Shown here in pieces: positions 55,970 through 64,000 of a stretch of DNA of 64,000 nucleotides. The position numbers and the translations under genes were made by a program. This DNA comes from Sphingomonas sp. (GTDB lineage Bacteria; Pseudomonadota; Alphaproteobacteria; Sphingomonadales; Sphingomonadaceae). The notes below the pieces were generated by a model. It ran no database searches, was not told the origin of the DNA, and saw only the letters and a program-made list of their open reading frames with translations. The stretch lies in contig NZ_DASTMA010000009.1 of assembly GCF_035714405.1 (NCBI RefSeq), forward strand, positions 35,152 to 99,151, given 5' to 3'. Each line of letters opens with the position of its first letter. Positions within the stretch are counted from its first letter, which is position 1.

Positions 55970-58549
55970 TCAGAACCGCAGGCTGAGGCCGAAGTCGCCG
56001 TTCACCGAATAGATCTGCCGCGAATAGGTCTGCGTCGGCACACGCTGGTAATAGGTCAGCGGGGCGTTGGTGAGGTTGGAGAGCGATCCGAAGACCTCGA
56101 TCGCGTCGTTGATCTTGTAGCTCAGCCGCGCGTCGAGCGTGGTCCGGGGCGATTGGTAGATGTCGGTATTGATCGTCGTGCCGACGTTCACGATCGCCTC
56201 GGAGCGATAGTTCAGCGCCAGCCTCGCCTCGAAGGCCCGGCGCTCGTAGAATAGTGCCGCGTTCGCGATCTTGTCCGACTGGCTGAAGAACGGGATGTCC
56301 TCGCTCTCGCGCCCGGGCACCGTCACGTCCGAGGTGACGTAGGTGCCGTTCACCGACGCGCCGAACCCGTCGAACGGCGCCGGCAGGAAGGTGAACCGGC
56401 GTTGCAGGTTCGCCTCGACGCCGAACAGCTTGCCGCGGTCGGCGTTCTGCGGCTGCGACAGGCTGGTCAGCGTCACGCCCGCGAAGCTGGTGTTCTGGAG
56501 CGTCCGGGTGAAGATCGGGTTCTTCACTTGCTTGTAGAAGACGCCCAGCGAGAAGATGCTGTCGGTGTCGGGGTAATATTCCGCCGACAGGTCCAGTCCC
56601 ATCGCGGTGTAGGGCTCCAGGTCGGGATTGCCGGCGGAGCCGACGCCCGAGTCTTCGGTAAAGGTCGGCACCTGCGCGTCATAATTGGGGCGGCCGATCG
56701 TGTTGGTCCAGGCGGCCCGCAGCGTGAACCGCGTCGAAGGACGATAGTTGAGGTGTACGCTCGGCAGCACATGGGTGTAGTTCTGCTCAAAGGAGAGCGG
56801 CTGGATGTTGGTCCCGCCACCCCTGATGGCGAACGCATCGTAGCGTCCTTGCGTCCGCTCGACCCGGACGCCGCCGATCGCGGTCAGGTCGCCCAGCTTG
56901 ACGCTGCCCATGGCATAACCCGCATAGATCTTCTCGCGGATAACATAGTCGAGCGCGCGTTCGTTGACCGCGGTCTGCACCACGTCGACGCTCGTCAGCG
57001 CCGGATTGGCCGCGTAGAAGGCCAATACCTTGGCATAGTCGATCGCGGGACCAAAGGCGAAGCGGCCGTTGTAGAAGTCGTCCGGCGTCGGCAGCGTGCC
57101 GCCGGTCTGAGTCAGGGTCGAGGTGCCGATCGCCAGCCGCTGGACCTGGGTGCTGTCGCGGTCCTTGTCGCGCGAGATGAACTTGCCGCCGACCTTGACG
57201 AAATGCTCGCCCGAGTCACCGAACGCGACCTTCAGGTCGGCGCGGATCGTGTGCAGATCCTCGACGATCGACTCGCGACGCTCGCGGATGCGGCGGAGCG
57301 GGAAGGCGCTCGGATCGAACAGTGACGGATCCTGAAAGGAGAATTGCGGCAGGCCCGGCGTCAATTCCAGGACGCTGACCTTGCCGGTCGCGGAACGGAA
57401 CTCCAGGTCGTCGCGGATCGGCGTCTTCTCCTGCGCGCGCGCATAGGTGTAGTTGACGCCCAGCTCGGCCGCGCCGAACCGCAGCTCGGCGCCGGGCGAG
57501 AGGTTGAACAGCTTCTGCGTCTGGTTGTTCTGCCGGAACTGCCGCGTCGCGCGGCCATTGGGGAAGCGGATCGACGTCGCGGTCGGGAAGGTCGGCGTTC
57601 CCGCGGCGAAGGCGAAATTGTACTGGTCGCGCTCCTCTTCGTCGGTGAACTCGTTGTAGATCGATCGCACATAGAAGCGCGCCGCGTCGCTCGGTCGCCA
57701 GTCCAGATTGACGATCGCGCCGATCCGCTCGCGCATGATGCGATAATCGTAGAGCAGATACTGTAGCGGCGCGAAGACCTGTGCGCCGGCCGGGCCGAAG
57801 GCGGTGTAGCCGGTCGGCTCGGCCAGATCGCTGTCGATGAACCGCTTGAGATAGCTGCCTGCGACGACGATGCCGAACTGCTGGTCGGGGCCGAAGCGGC
57901 GGCCGTGCGTCGCACTGCCGCCGAAGCCGGTCTTGCCCGACTTGTCGTTATAGGCGCCGCGCACCGTCGCGAAGGTGAAGGGGTCGGCCCGGTCGAACGC
58001 GGTGGGCGTGACGAGGTTGATGCTGCCGCCGATCGCGTTGGCGTCGTAATCGGGCGTGACCGCCTTCACGACCTCGATCGCGGCGACGAGATCGGACGGG
58101 ATGGTATCCAGCGCGACGCGGCGTCCTTCGGCCTCCGGGATGCCGACGATGTTGCCGTCGACGGTGACCTGGTTGAGGTTGGGGTCGATGCCGCGCACGA
58201 CGACGTAGCGGGGCTCGCCCTGGTCAATCTCGACCGACACGCCCGGCAGGCGCTGCACCGCCTCGGCGGTGTTGAAGTCGGGCAGCTTACCGATATCGTC
58301 GGAGGCGACGACGTCGGCGATCACCGGCAGCGCCCGCTTGCGCTCGATTGCCTGTTCGCGCGAGGCGCGCGAGCCGGTGACGATGACGTCACCCGCTTCC
58401 GCTTCGGGCAGCTGCTGTGCCGCGCCGGGATCGGTGTCGACGGGGGCGGCGGTGTTCTGCGCCAGACCAGGCGTCGCGACACCCGCCAGCAGGGCCGCGA
58501 GCACGGCCAGGCGGCCGCTGCGAACTGGGTTGGTGCAAAGGCTGCGCAT
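55970..58549 (-). CDS. TonB-dependent receptor (Xanthomonas/Caulobacter type)
   Basis: Signal peptide; VIVTGSR TonB box; DIGKLPDFNTAEAVQRLPGV; GNPDLEP; C-terminal SLRF. Confidence 0.95.
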   Translation of the reverse strand: MRSLCTNPVRSGRLAVLAALLAGVATPGLAQNTAAPVDTDPGAAQQLPEAEAGDVIVTGSRASREQAIERKRALPVIADVVASDDIGKLPDFNTAEAVQRLPGVSVEIDQGEPRYVVVRGIDPNLNQVTVDGNIVGIPEAEGRRVALDTIPSDLVAAIEVVKAVTPDYDANAIGGSINLVTPTAFDRADPFTFATVRGAYNDKSGKTGFGGSATHGRRFGPDQQFGIVVAGSYLKRFIDSDLAEPTGYTAFGPAGAQVFAPLQYLLYDYRIMRERIGAIVNLDWRPSDAARFYVRSIYNEFTDEEERDQYNFAFAAGTPTFPTATSIRFPNGRATRQFRQNNQTQKLFNLSPGAELRFGAAELGVNYTYARAQEKTPIRDDLEFRSATGKVSVLELTPGLPQFSFQDPSLFDPSAFPLRRIRERRESIVEDLHTIRADLKVAFGDSGEHFVKVGGKFISRDKDRDSTQVQRLAIGTSTLTQTGGTLPTPDDFYNGRFAFGPAIDYAKVLAFYAANPALTSVDVVQTAVNERALDYVIREKIYAGYAMGSVKLGDLTAIGGVRVERTQGRYDAFAIRGGGTNIQPLSFEQNYTHVLPSVHLNYRPSTRFTLRAAWTNTIGRPNYDAQVPTFTEDSGVGSAGNPDLEPYTAMGLDLSAEYYPDTDSIFSLGVFYKQVKNPIFTRTLQNTSFAGVTLTSLSQPQNADRGKLFGVEANLQRRFTFLPAPFDGFGASVNGTYVTSDVTVPGRESEDIPFFSQSDKIANAALFYERRAFEARLALNYRSEAIVNVGTTINTDIYQSPRTTLDARLSYKINDAIEVFGSLSNLTNAPLTYYQRVPTQTYSRQIYSVNGDFGLSLRF

Positions 58550-58600
58550 CTTGAAATCCCCGGGTGAACCTGTCGTCGAACGCCGCCCTAGGGGCGCCGC

Positions 58601-58657
58601 ATGACAGATCGACGACTCCGCAGAGGCCGGCGGGTTACCGTGTCACGGCGTTGTCCC
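58601..58657. promoter_or_regulatory. Candidate Pho boxes in the TBDR/phoD divergent promoter
   Basis: Plus strand GTGTCAC-N4-TTGTCCC (58640-58657); minus strand GAGTCGT-N4-CTGTCAT (58601-58618); 11-bp spacing. Confidence 0.4.
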
Positions 58658-58761
58658 ACAGCGCCGCTACCTAGATTTTCGGAGTGAAATCACGGGAGTG
58701 ACGGTGTGCGACGATCGTCCGAGCTGTCGGAGCGCAGCGGTTCATGCCATGGTGGCGCGCG

Positions 58762-60390
58762 ATGAGCACGATCGTCACCCGTCGCGCGATCCTGGAGGGC
58801 GGGCTCGCCGCACTCGGCCTGTTCGCCCTGCCGATGAGCGCCCGGGCGCAAGCGCCGGCCTTTACCCATGGCGTCGCCAGTGGCGATCCCAAGCAGAGCC
58901 GGGTGACGCTATGGACGCGGTTCCTTCCCGCCGACGGCGGCCTTGCCCGGGTGCGGGTGGAGGTGGCACTCGATCCCACGTTCCGTCGCATGGTCGCGCG
59001 GCATTGGGGCGTGGCCGGTCCGGACGGCGACCATACGGTAAAGGTCGTCGCGACGGGGCTGGAGCCGGGCCGGTGGTATCACTATCGCTTCGTAGGCCCC
59101 GACGGTAGCGTGTCGCCGGTGGGCCGGACGCGGACACTGCCGACGCGCGGCACCGATCCGTTCCGCATCGCCGTGCTGTCGTGCGCCAACATGGATTTCG
59201 GCTATTTCAACGCCTATCGCCATCTGGCCCAACGCGATGATATCGACCTGGTGCTGCATCTGGGCGACTACATCTACGAATGGGGCAACGGTAAGCACTC
59301 GCTTGCGGCCTTGGCGCTCAAGGAGCGCGTGATGCGCCCGGCGCAGGAGACGGTGACGCTGGACGACTACCGTACGCGTTATGCCTGGTATCGGGCCGAT
59401 CCCGACCTCGCCGAGATGCACCGGCGGTTTCCCGTCATCTCGATCGTCGACGATCATGAGATCACCAACAACGCCTGGGTGAACGGGGCAGGCAACCACC
59501 AGCCGAATGAGGGGCCGTATCCGGTGCGCAAGGCGGCGGCGATGCGGGCTTATCACGAATGGCTGCCGATGCCGGCGACGCCATACGACCGCTACGATAT
59601 CGGCGGACTGGCGGCGATCTTCCGGCTGGAGACGCGGCTGGTCGGGCGCGACGAACCGCTCGACCTCGGCGACGCGCTCAAGGGCGCGGCGGACCCGTTC
59701 AAGGCGATGGCGGCGTTCCGCGACGGGCCGCTGCAGGACCCCAAACGGACGATGATGGGTGCGGCGCAGGAGCGCTGGCTGGCCGACGGATTGCGCAGCT
59801 CGGTCCGGGCGGGTCAGCGCTGGCAGATCGCGGCCCAGCAGGTGGTGATGGGCCCGACCCGTCTGCCCGAGACGGCGACGGGCTGGTCCTCGCAAACGCC
59901 GGCCGCCGGCTCGCGCGCGGCGTTGCGGCAAATGGCGGCGGTGGCGGCATCGCGCGCCGGGCTGCCGCTGGGTTTCGACAATTGGAACGGCTATCCGGCG
60001 GCACGGGCGCGGCTGCTCGGCGCGGCGCAGGTGGCGGGCGCCAATCTGGTGGTGCTGTCGGGTGACAGTCACAATGCCTGGGCCTATGATCTCGCTCATG
60101 ACGGCAAGCCCGCCGGCGTCGAATTCGCGGGCCAGTCGGTCGCTTCGTTCGGGTTCGAGGCACGGTTCGATGCCGATCCGAAGCGGATCGCGGCCGACAT
60201 GGTCGCCGCCAATCCGGCGCTGAGATGGTGCGACACCAGCCGGAGGGGATATATGACGACGACTCTGACCCGGGACGAAGCGCGCAACGACTGGCTGTTC
60301 CTCGACACGGTGACGACCCGCTCGACCGCGCTGTCCGGGACCAGCACGGTCGCGGTCGGCCATGGCGAGCGTCGGTTGCAGCTGGCATGA
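58762..60390 (+). CDS. phoD: Alkaline phosphatase D with Tat signal
   Basis: TRRAIL; FTHGVASGDP; HLGDYIYE; DDHEITNN; GDSHN. Confidence 0.95.
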   Translation: MSTIVTRRAILEGGLAALGLFALPMSARAQAPAFTHGVASGDPKQSRVTLWTRFLPADGGLARVRVEVALDPTFRRMVARHWGVAGPDGDHTVKVVATGLEPGRWYHYRFVGPDGSVSPVGRTRTLPTRGTDPFRIAVLSCANMDFGYFNAYRHLAQRDDIDLVLHLGDYIYEWGNGKHSLAALALKERVMRPAQETVTLDDYRTRYAWYRADPDLAEMHRRFPVISIVDDHEITNNAWVNGAGNHQPNEGPYPVRKAAAMRAYHEWLPMPATPYDRYDIGGLAAIFRLETRLVGRDEPLDLGDALKGAADPFKAMAAFRDGPLQDPKRTMMGAAQERWLADGLRSSVRAGQRWQIAAQQVVMGPTRLPETATGWSSQTPAAGSRAALRQMAAVAASRAGLPLGFDNWNGYPAARARLLGAAQVAGANLVVLSGDSHNAWAYDLAHDGKPAGVEFAGQSVASFGFEARFDADPKRIAADMVAANPALRWCDTSRRGYMTTTLTRDEARNDWLFLDTVTTRSTALSGTSTVAVGHGERRLQLA

Positions 60391-61814
60391 CGCTATCGCC
60401 GGCCGACTATGCCGCCGCCGACGGCCTGGCGCTTGCTGCAATGGTGCGCGTCGGCGAGGTGACCCCGCTCGAGCTCGTCGACGCCGCGATCGCACGGATC
60501 GAGCGGCTGGACGGCGAGATCAACGCCGTCGCCCATTGCGCCTTCGACGAGGCGCGGGCGCAGGCGCGGCAGCCGGCAGGCGACGGCCCGTTCGCGGGCG
60601 TGCCGTTCATGGTCAAGGATTTCGGCATCGGCGTCGCCGGCTGGCCGAACACCAGCGGCAGCCGCTTCTGCCGCGACCCGGTCGACGCCGCCGATACCGG
60701 GCTGATGGCGCGCTACCGGACAAGCGGCGTCATCCCGATCGGGCGCGGCGCAAGTTCCGAGTTCGGCATCGTCGGCAATGTCGAGACCGCCGCCGGCGGC
60801 GCGGTCCGCAATCCCTGGAACACCGACCGACTGGCAGGCGGCTCGTCGGGCGGATCGGCGGCGGCGGTCGCGGCCGGCTATGTCCCGATCGCCCATGCCA
60901 GCGACGGGCTGGGCTCCATCCGCATTCCCGCCGCCTGTTGCGGGCTGGTCGGCATGAAGCCGACGCGCGACCGCAACCCCAACCTTCCCGACGGCTTCGA
61001 CTATGCGATGGGCTTCTGCGTCGATCATGTCGTCACCCGCTCGGTGCGCGACAGTGCGGCGATGCTGGACGTGACCGGCCGGCCCGAGCCCGGCTCGCCC
61101 TATGCCGTCCCCGCCAAGGCGGGACCGTATCTGGACGAGGTGACGCGCCCGCCCGGCCGGCTGCGCATCGCCTGGTCGACGGAGACGCCGAGCGGCGCGC
61201 CGATCGACCCGGAGGTACAGGCCGCGGTGGAGCGCGTGGCGGGCGACCTCGCCGCCTTGGGGCACGAGGTGTTCGCGCAGGGGCTCGGCGTCGACTATCG
61301 CGCGATCTACGCCGCGCGCGCGCCGGTCTCGGCGGCGAACTTCGCGGCCGGCATGCGGCGGGTGGTCGAGCGCGTCGGCCGCGAGCCGACCCAGAGCGAG
61401 CTCGAGCCGCTGACCTGGGCCGCCTACACCCTGTCGAAGAAGGTCACCGGCGAGCAGGCCTTTTGGGGCTATCAGGAGCTCAGGATGCTCGCGCGCGACG
61501 TGGTCCGGCGGTTCGAGGACTTCGACCTATACCTCTCGCCCGTGATGACCGCACCACCGCCGCCGATCGGCTTCATCGCCGGCGCCACCGTGGACGCGGG
61601 CGAACTGTCGAAGCGGCAGGCGGCGCTGTTCCCCTATGCCGCGCTGTTCAACTTCACGGGACAGCCGTCGGTCTCGCTGCCGCTGGCGATGTCGCGCGAC
61701 GGGCTGCCGATCGGGCTCATGGTCACCGGCCGCTATGCCGACGAGGCGACGCTGTTCCGCCTCGCGGGTCAGCTGGAACGCGAGTGGGGCTGGCCCGACT
61801 TGCGCGACCTGTAA
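60387..61814 (+). CDS. Amidase signature family enzyme
   Basis: GVPFMVKD, GGSSGGSAAAV, SDGLGSIRIPA. Confidence 0.93.
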   Translation: MTLSPADYAAADGLALAAMVRVGEVTPLELVDAAIARIERLDGEINAVAHCAFDEARAQARQPAGDGPFAGVPFMVKDFGIGVAGWPNTSGSRFCRDPVDAADTGLMARYRTSGVIPIGRGASSEFGIVGNVETAAGGAVRNPWNTDRLAGGSSGGSAAAVAAGYVPIAHASDGLGSIRIPAACCGLVGMKPTRDRNPNLPDGFDYAMGFCVDHVVTRSVRDSAAMLDVTGRPEPGSPYAVPAKAGPYLDEVTRPPGRLRIAWSTETPSGAPIDPEVQAAVERVAGDLAALGHEVFAQGLGVDYRAIYAARAPVSAANFAAGMRRVVERVGREPTQSELEPLTWAAYTLSKKVTGEQAFWGYQELRMLARDVVRRFEDFDLYLSPVMTAPPPPIGFIAGATVDAGELSKRQAALFPYAALFNFTGQPSVSLPLAMSRDGLPIGLMVTGRYADEATLFRLAGQLEREWGWPDLRDL

Positions 61815-61817
61815 GCC

Positions 61818-63077
61818 GTGCAGCGCTGGCGCAACTGGTCGGGCAGCGTCGCCGCCGAGGTGCGCGCGGTCGTCTACCCGCGCGACGAGGGCGCGCTGTC
61901 GAGCGCCGTGGCGCGGGCGAGGCAGGTGCGCGCGACCGGTGCGGGGCACAGCTTCATGCCGCTGTGCGCGTCCGACGACCTGATCGTCTCGCTCGCGCAC
62001 ATGGAGGGCGAGCTGCACGTCGCCGCCGACCGCGCCAGCGCGCGTGTGCCCGCAGGCTGGAGCCTCAAGCGGCTGACGGCCGAGCTCTGGGAACATGGCC
62101 TGGCGCTCGCCAACCAAGGCGATGTCAATCCGCAGTCGGTGGCCGGGTCGATGGCGACCGGTACGCACGGCACCGGCCGCGACCTGGGATCGCTGTCGAC
62201 CTTCGCGCGCGGCTTCCGGCTCGTGCTAGCGGACGGCGCGACGGTGTGGTGCGACCGCGACACCGACCTCGAACTGTTCGAGGCGCAGCGCCTGTCGCTG
62301 GGGCTGTTCGGGATCGCCACCGAGATCGAGCTGGCGGTGGTGCCCGCCTTTCACCTCCACGAACGCATCGAGAAGCGGCCCTGGGCGGAGGTGCGCGAGC
62401 AGTGGGACACGCTGGTCGAGCGGCATCGTCACGTCGAGTTCTTCCTCTTTCCGCATACCGACGACGTGATCCTGAAAACGCTGGACGAGACCGACGCCTG
62501 CGCGCCGCCGCCCGCGCGCAGGGCGGATGACGAGGCGGCGTTCCGGCGCGTGCTCGACATCGGCGCGAGGCTGCCGGTCGCGGTGCCGTGGCTGCAGCGG
62601 CGGATGATGAGCGCGCCGATGACGGGGCGCCGCCGCGGGCCCGCCCACGTCATCTTCCCGTCCGAGCGCGCCTTGCGCTTCGAGGAGATGGAGTCTGAGA
62701 TGCCGCGCGCGGCCGGGCTGGAGACGTTGGAGGAGGTGGTGGGCTGGATCCGCCGCCGCCGCCTGCCGGTCGCGTTTCCGTTCGAGTTCCGCCTCGTCGC
62801 GGCCGACGACATCTGGATGAGCCCGATGAACGCCGGCCCGGTCGCGTCGATCTCGATGCACCAATATGTGAAGATGCCCTGGCAGGCGCTGTTCGCGGAG
62901 GCCGAGGCCATGTTCCGCGCCGGCGGCGGCCGCCCGCATTGGGCGAAGCGGCACCGGCTGACCCGCGACGATGTGGACACGCTGTACCCGCGGGCCGAGC
63001 AGTACCGCCAGGTCCGCCGGCGCGTCGACCCCACCGGCAAGTTCCTCAACGGCCATTTGCGGGAGCTGTTCGGCTGA
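61818..63077 (+). CDS. D-arabinono-1,4-lactone/L-gulonolactone oxidase-like FAD enzyme
   Basis: WRNWSG, GAGHSF flavinylation motif, TGTHGTG, GGRPHWAK. Confidence 0.9.
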   Translation: MQRWRNWSGSVAAEVRAVVYPRDEGALSSAVARARQVRATGAGHSFMPLCASDDLIVSLAHMEGELHVAADRASARVPAGWSLKRLTAELWEHGLALANQGDVNPQSVAGSMATGTHGTGRDLGSLSTFARGFRLVLADGATVWCDRDTDLELFEAQRLSLGLFGIATEIELAVVPAFHLHERIEKRPWAEVREQWDTLVERHRHVEFFLFPHTDDVILKTLDETDACAPPPARRADDEAAFRRVLDIGARLPVAVPWLQRRMMSAPMTGRRRGPAHVIFPSERALRFEEMESEMPRAAGLETLEEVVGWIRRRRLPVAFPFEFRLVAADDIWMSPMNAGPVASISMHQYVKMPWQALFAEAEAMFRAGGGRPHWAKRHRLTRDDVDTLYPRAEQYRQVRRRVDPTGKFLNGHLRELFG

Positions 63078-64000
63078 TGGACGACGTGACGCTGCACACC
63101 CACCTCATCGGCCAACAAGGCTCCCGCGCGGCGCTCAACACCCCCGTATTGGTGCTCGATCTCGACGCGCTGGACCGCAATATCGCAGCCCTGGCGACGC
63201 TGGTCGCGCGCTACGATATCGCGCTCCGCCCCCACGCCAAGACGCACAAAAGCGTCGATATCGCCCGGCGTCAGGTCGCGGCCGGGGCGGTGGGCTCGTG
63301 CTGCGCCAAGATCGGCGAAGCGGAGGTGCTGGCCGACGGCGGCATCGAGGGCCTGCTCATCACCTCCCCCGTCACCTCGCCCGCGGCGATCGCACGGCTG
63401 GCCGCGCTGGCGAAGCGGTCGCCCGGGCTGATGGCGGTGTTCGACCACCCGGGCGTCGCCGCCGCCACCGCCCGCGCGCTCGCTGCCGAGGGCGCCACGC
63501 TAGGAGCGGTCATCGACATCGATCCCGGTATCCGGCGCACCGGCGTCGCCTCTCCCGAGGCCGCCGTGGCGCTCGCGGCCGCCATCGCCGAGGCGCCGGA
63601 GCTGAGATACCAAGGTGTGCAATTCTATTGCGGCGCCCAGCAGCACATCGAGAGCTTCGCCGAGCGCCGCGCCGCGATCGAGGAGCGGACCGCCTATCTG
63701 CGCACCGTGATCGCCGCGCTGACGGAGGCGGGCTTCGCGCCGACCATCGTCACCGGGTCCGGCACGGGGACGCACCGCATCGATTTGGAACTCGGCATCT
63801 TTACTGAATTGCAGGCGGGGTCCTACGTCTTCATGGATCGCCAGTACCTCGATTGCGATCTCGCCGGCGACGCGATCGCGCCCTTCGAGACCTCGCTCGC
63901 CGTCGACACGCGGGTGGTGAGCGCCAACCATGCCGCGCTGGTGACGCTCGACGCCGGGTTCAAATCGCTTTCCACCGATGGCGGCAAGCCCAGCGTGCTG
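63077..64000 (+). CDS. DSD1 family PLP enzyme (D-threonine aldolase/D-serine dehydratase-like), 3'-truncated by the window edge
   Basis: TPVLVLD, RPHAKTHK PLP lysine, RTGV, GTGT, ELQAGSYVFMD, DAGFKS; frame open to the end. Confidence 0.9.
   Translation, partial: MDDVTLHTHLIGQQGSRAALNTPVLVLDLDALDRNIAALATLVARYDIALRPHAKTHKSVDIARRQVAAGAVGSCCAKIGEAEVLADGGIEGLLITSPVTSPAAIARLAALAKRSPGLMAVFDHPGVAAATARALAAEGATLGAVIDIDPGIRRTGVASPEAAVALAAAIAEAPELRYQGVQFYCGAQQHIESFAERRAAIEERTAYLRTVIAALTEAGFAPTIVTGSGTGTHRIDLELGIFTELQAGSYVFMDRQYLDCDLAGDAIAPFETSLAVDTRVVSANHAALVTLDAGFKSLSTDGGKPSVL

Overview
High-GC alphaproteobacterial chromosome segment, most consistent with Sphingomonadaceae (cpdR/tRNA-Val/N-formylglutamate amidohydrolase synteny, DUF1013/TrcR, several TonB-dependent receptors). 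1-12 kb: uncharacterised catabolic-type cluster (two DUF1838-like proteins, three alpha/beta-hydrolases, SAM methyltransferase plus small partner, FAD oxidoreductase, gabD, CoA-transferase III, HMG-CoA-lyase-like). 12.2-15 kb: collapsed, pseudogenised cluster around an intact MarR gene, with two copies of a candidate operator. 15-18 kb: L,D-transpeptidase and a glycine-zipper lipoprotein, each with an EcfG-type promoter, then a probable integrase relic at the 3' end of tRNA-Val(GAC). 18-41 kb: mostly core genes (cpdR, sapC, DEAD helicase, trcR, clpA, xseB, ispA, coaD, queA, tgt, M16 peptidase) and a probable SuhB/MmgR-like sRNA with extra C-rich hairpins. 41.8-51.5 kb: co-oriented stress block (cupin, hybrid kinase, GH13, GT4, VOC, DHH nuclease coupled to uvsE, Crp). 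51.6-55.8 kb: BlaI and an M56 protein with a broken HExxH motif, tandem TACAnnTGTA operators and a TonB receptor. 56-64 kb: divergent TonB receptor and phoD operon (amidase, lactone oxidase, PLP aldolase-like, truncated). No CRISPR array, rRNA or intact mobile element was seen. All assignments come from reading motifs by eye; no searches were run.
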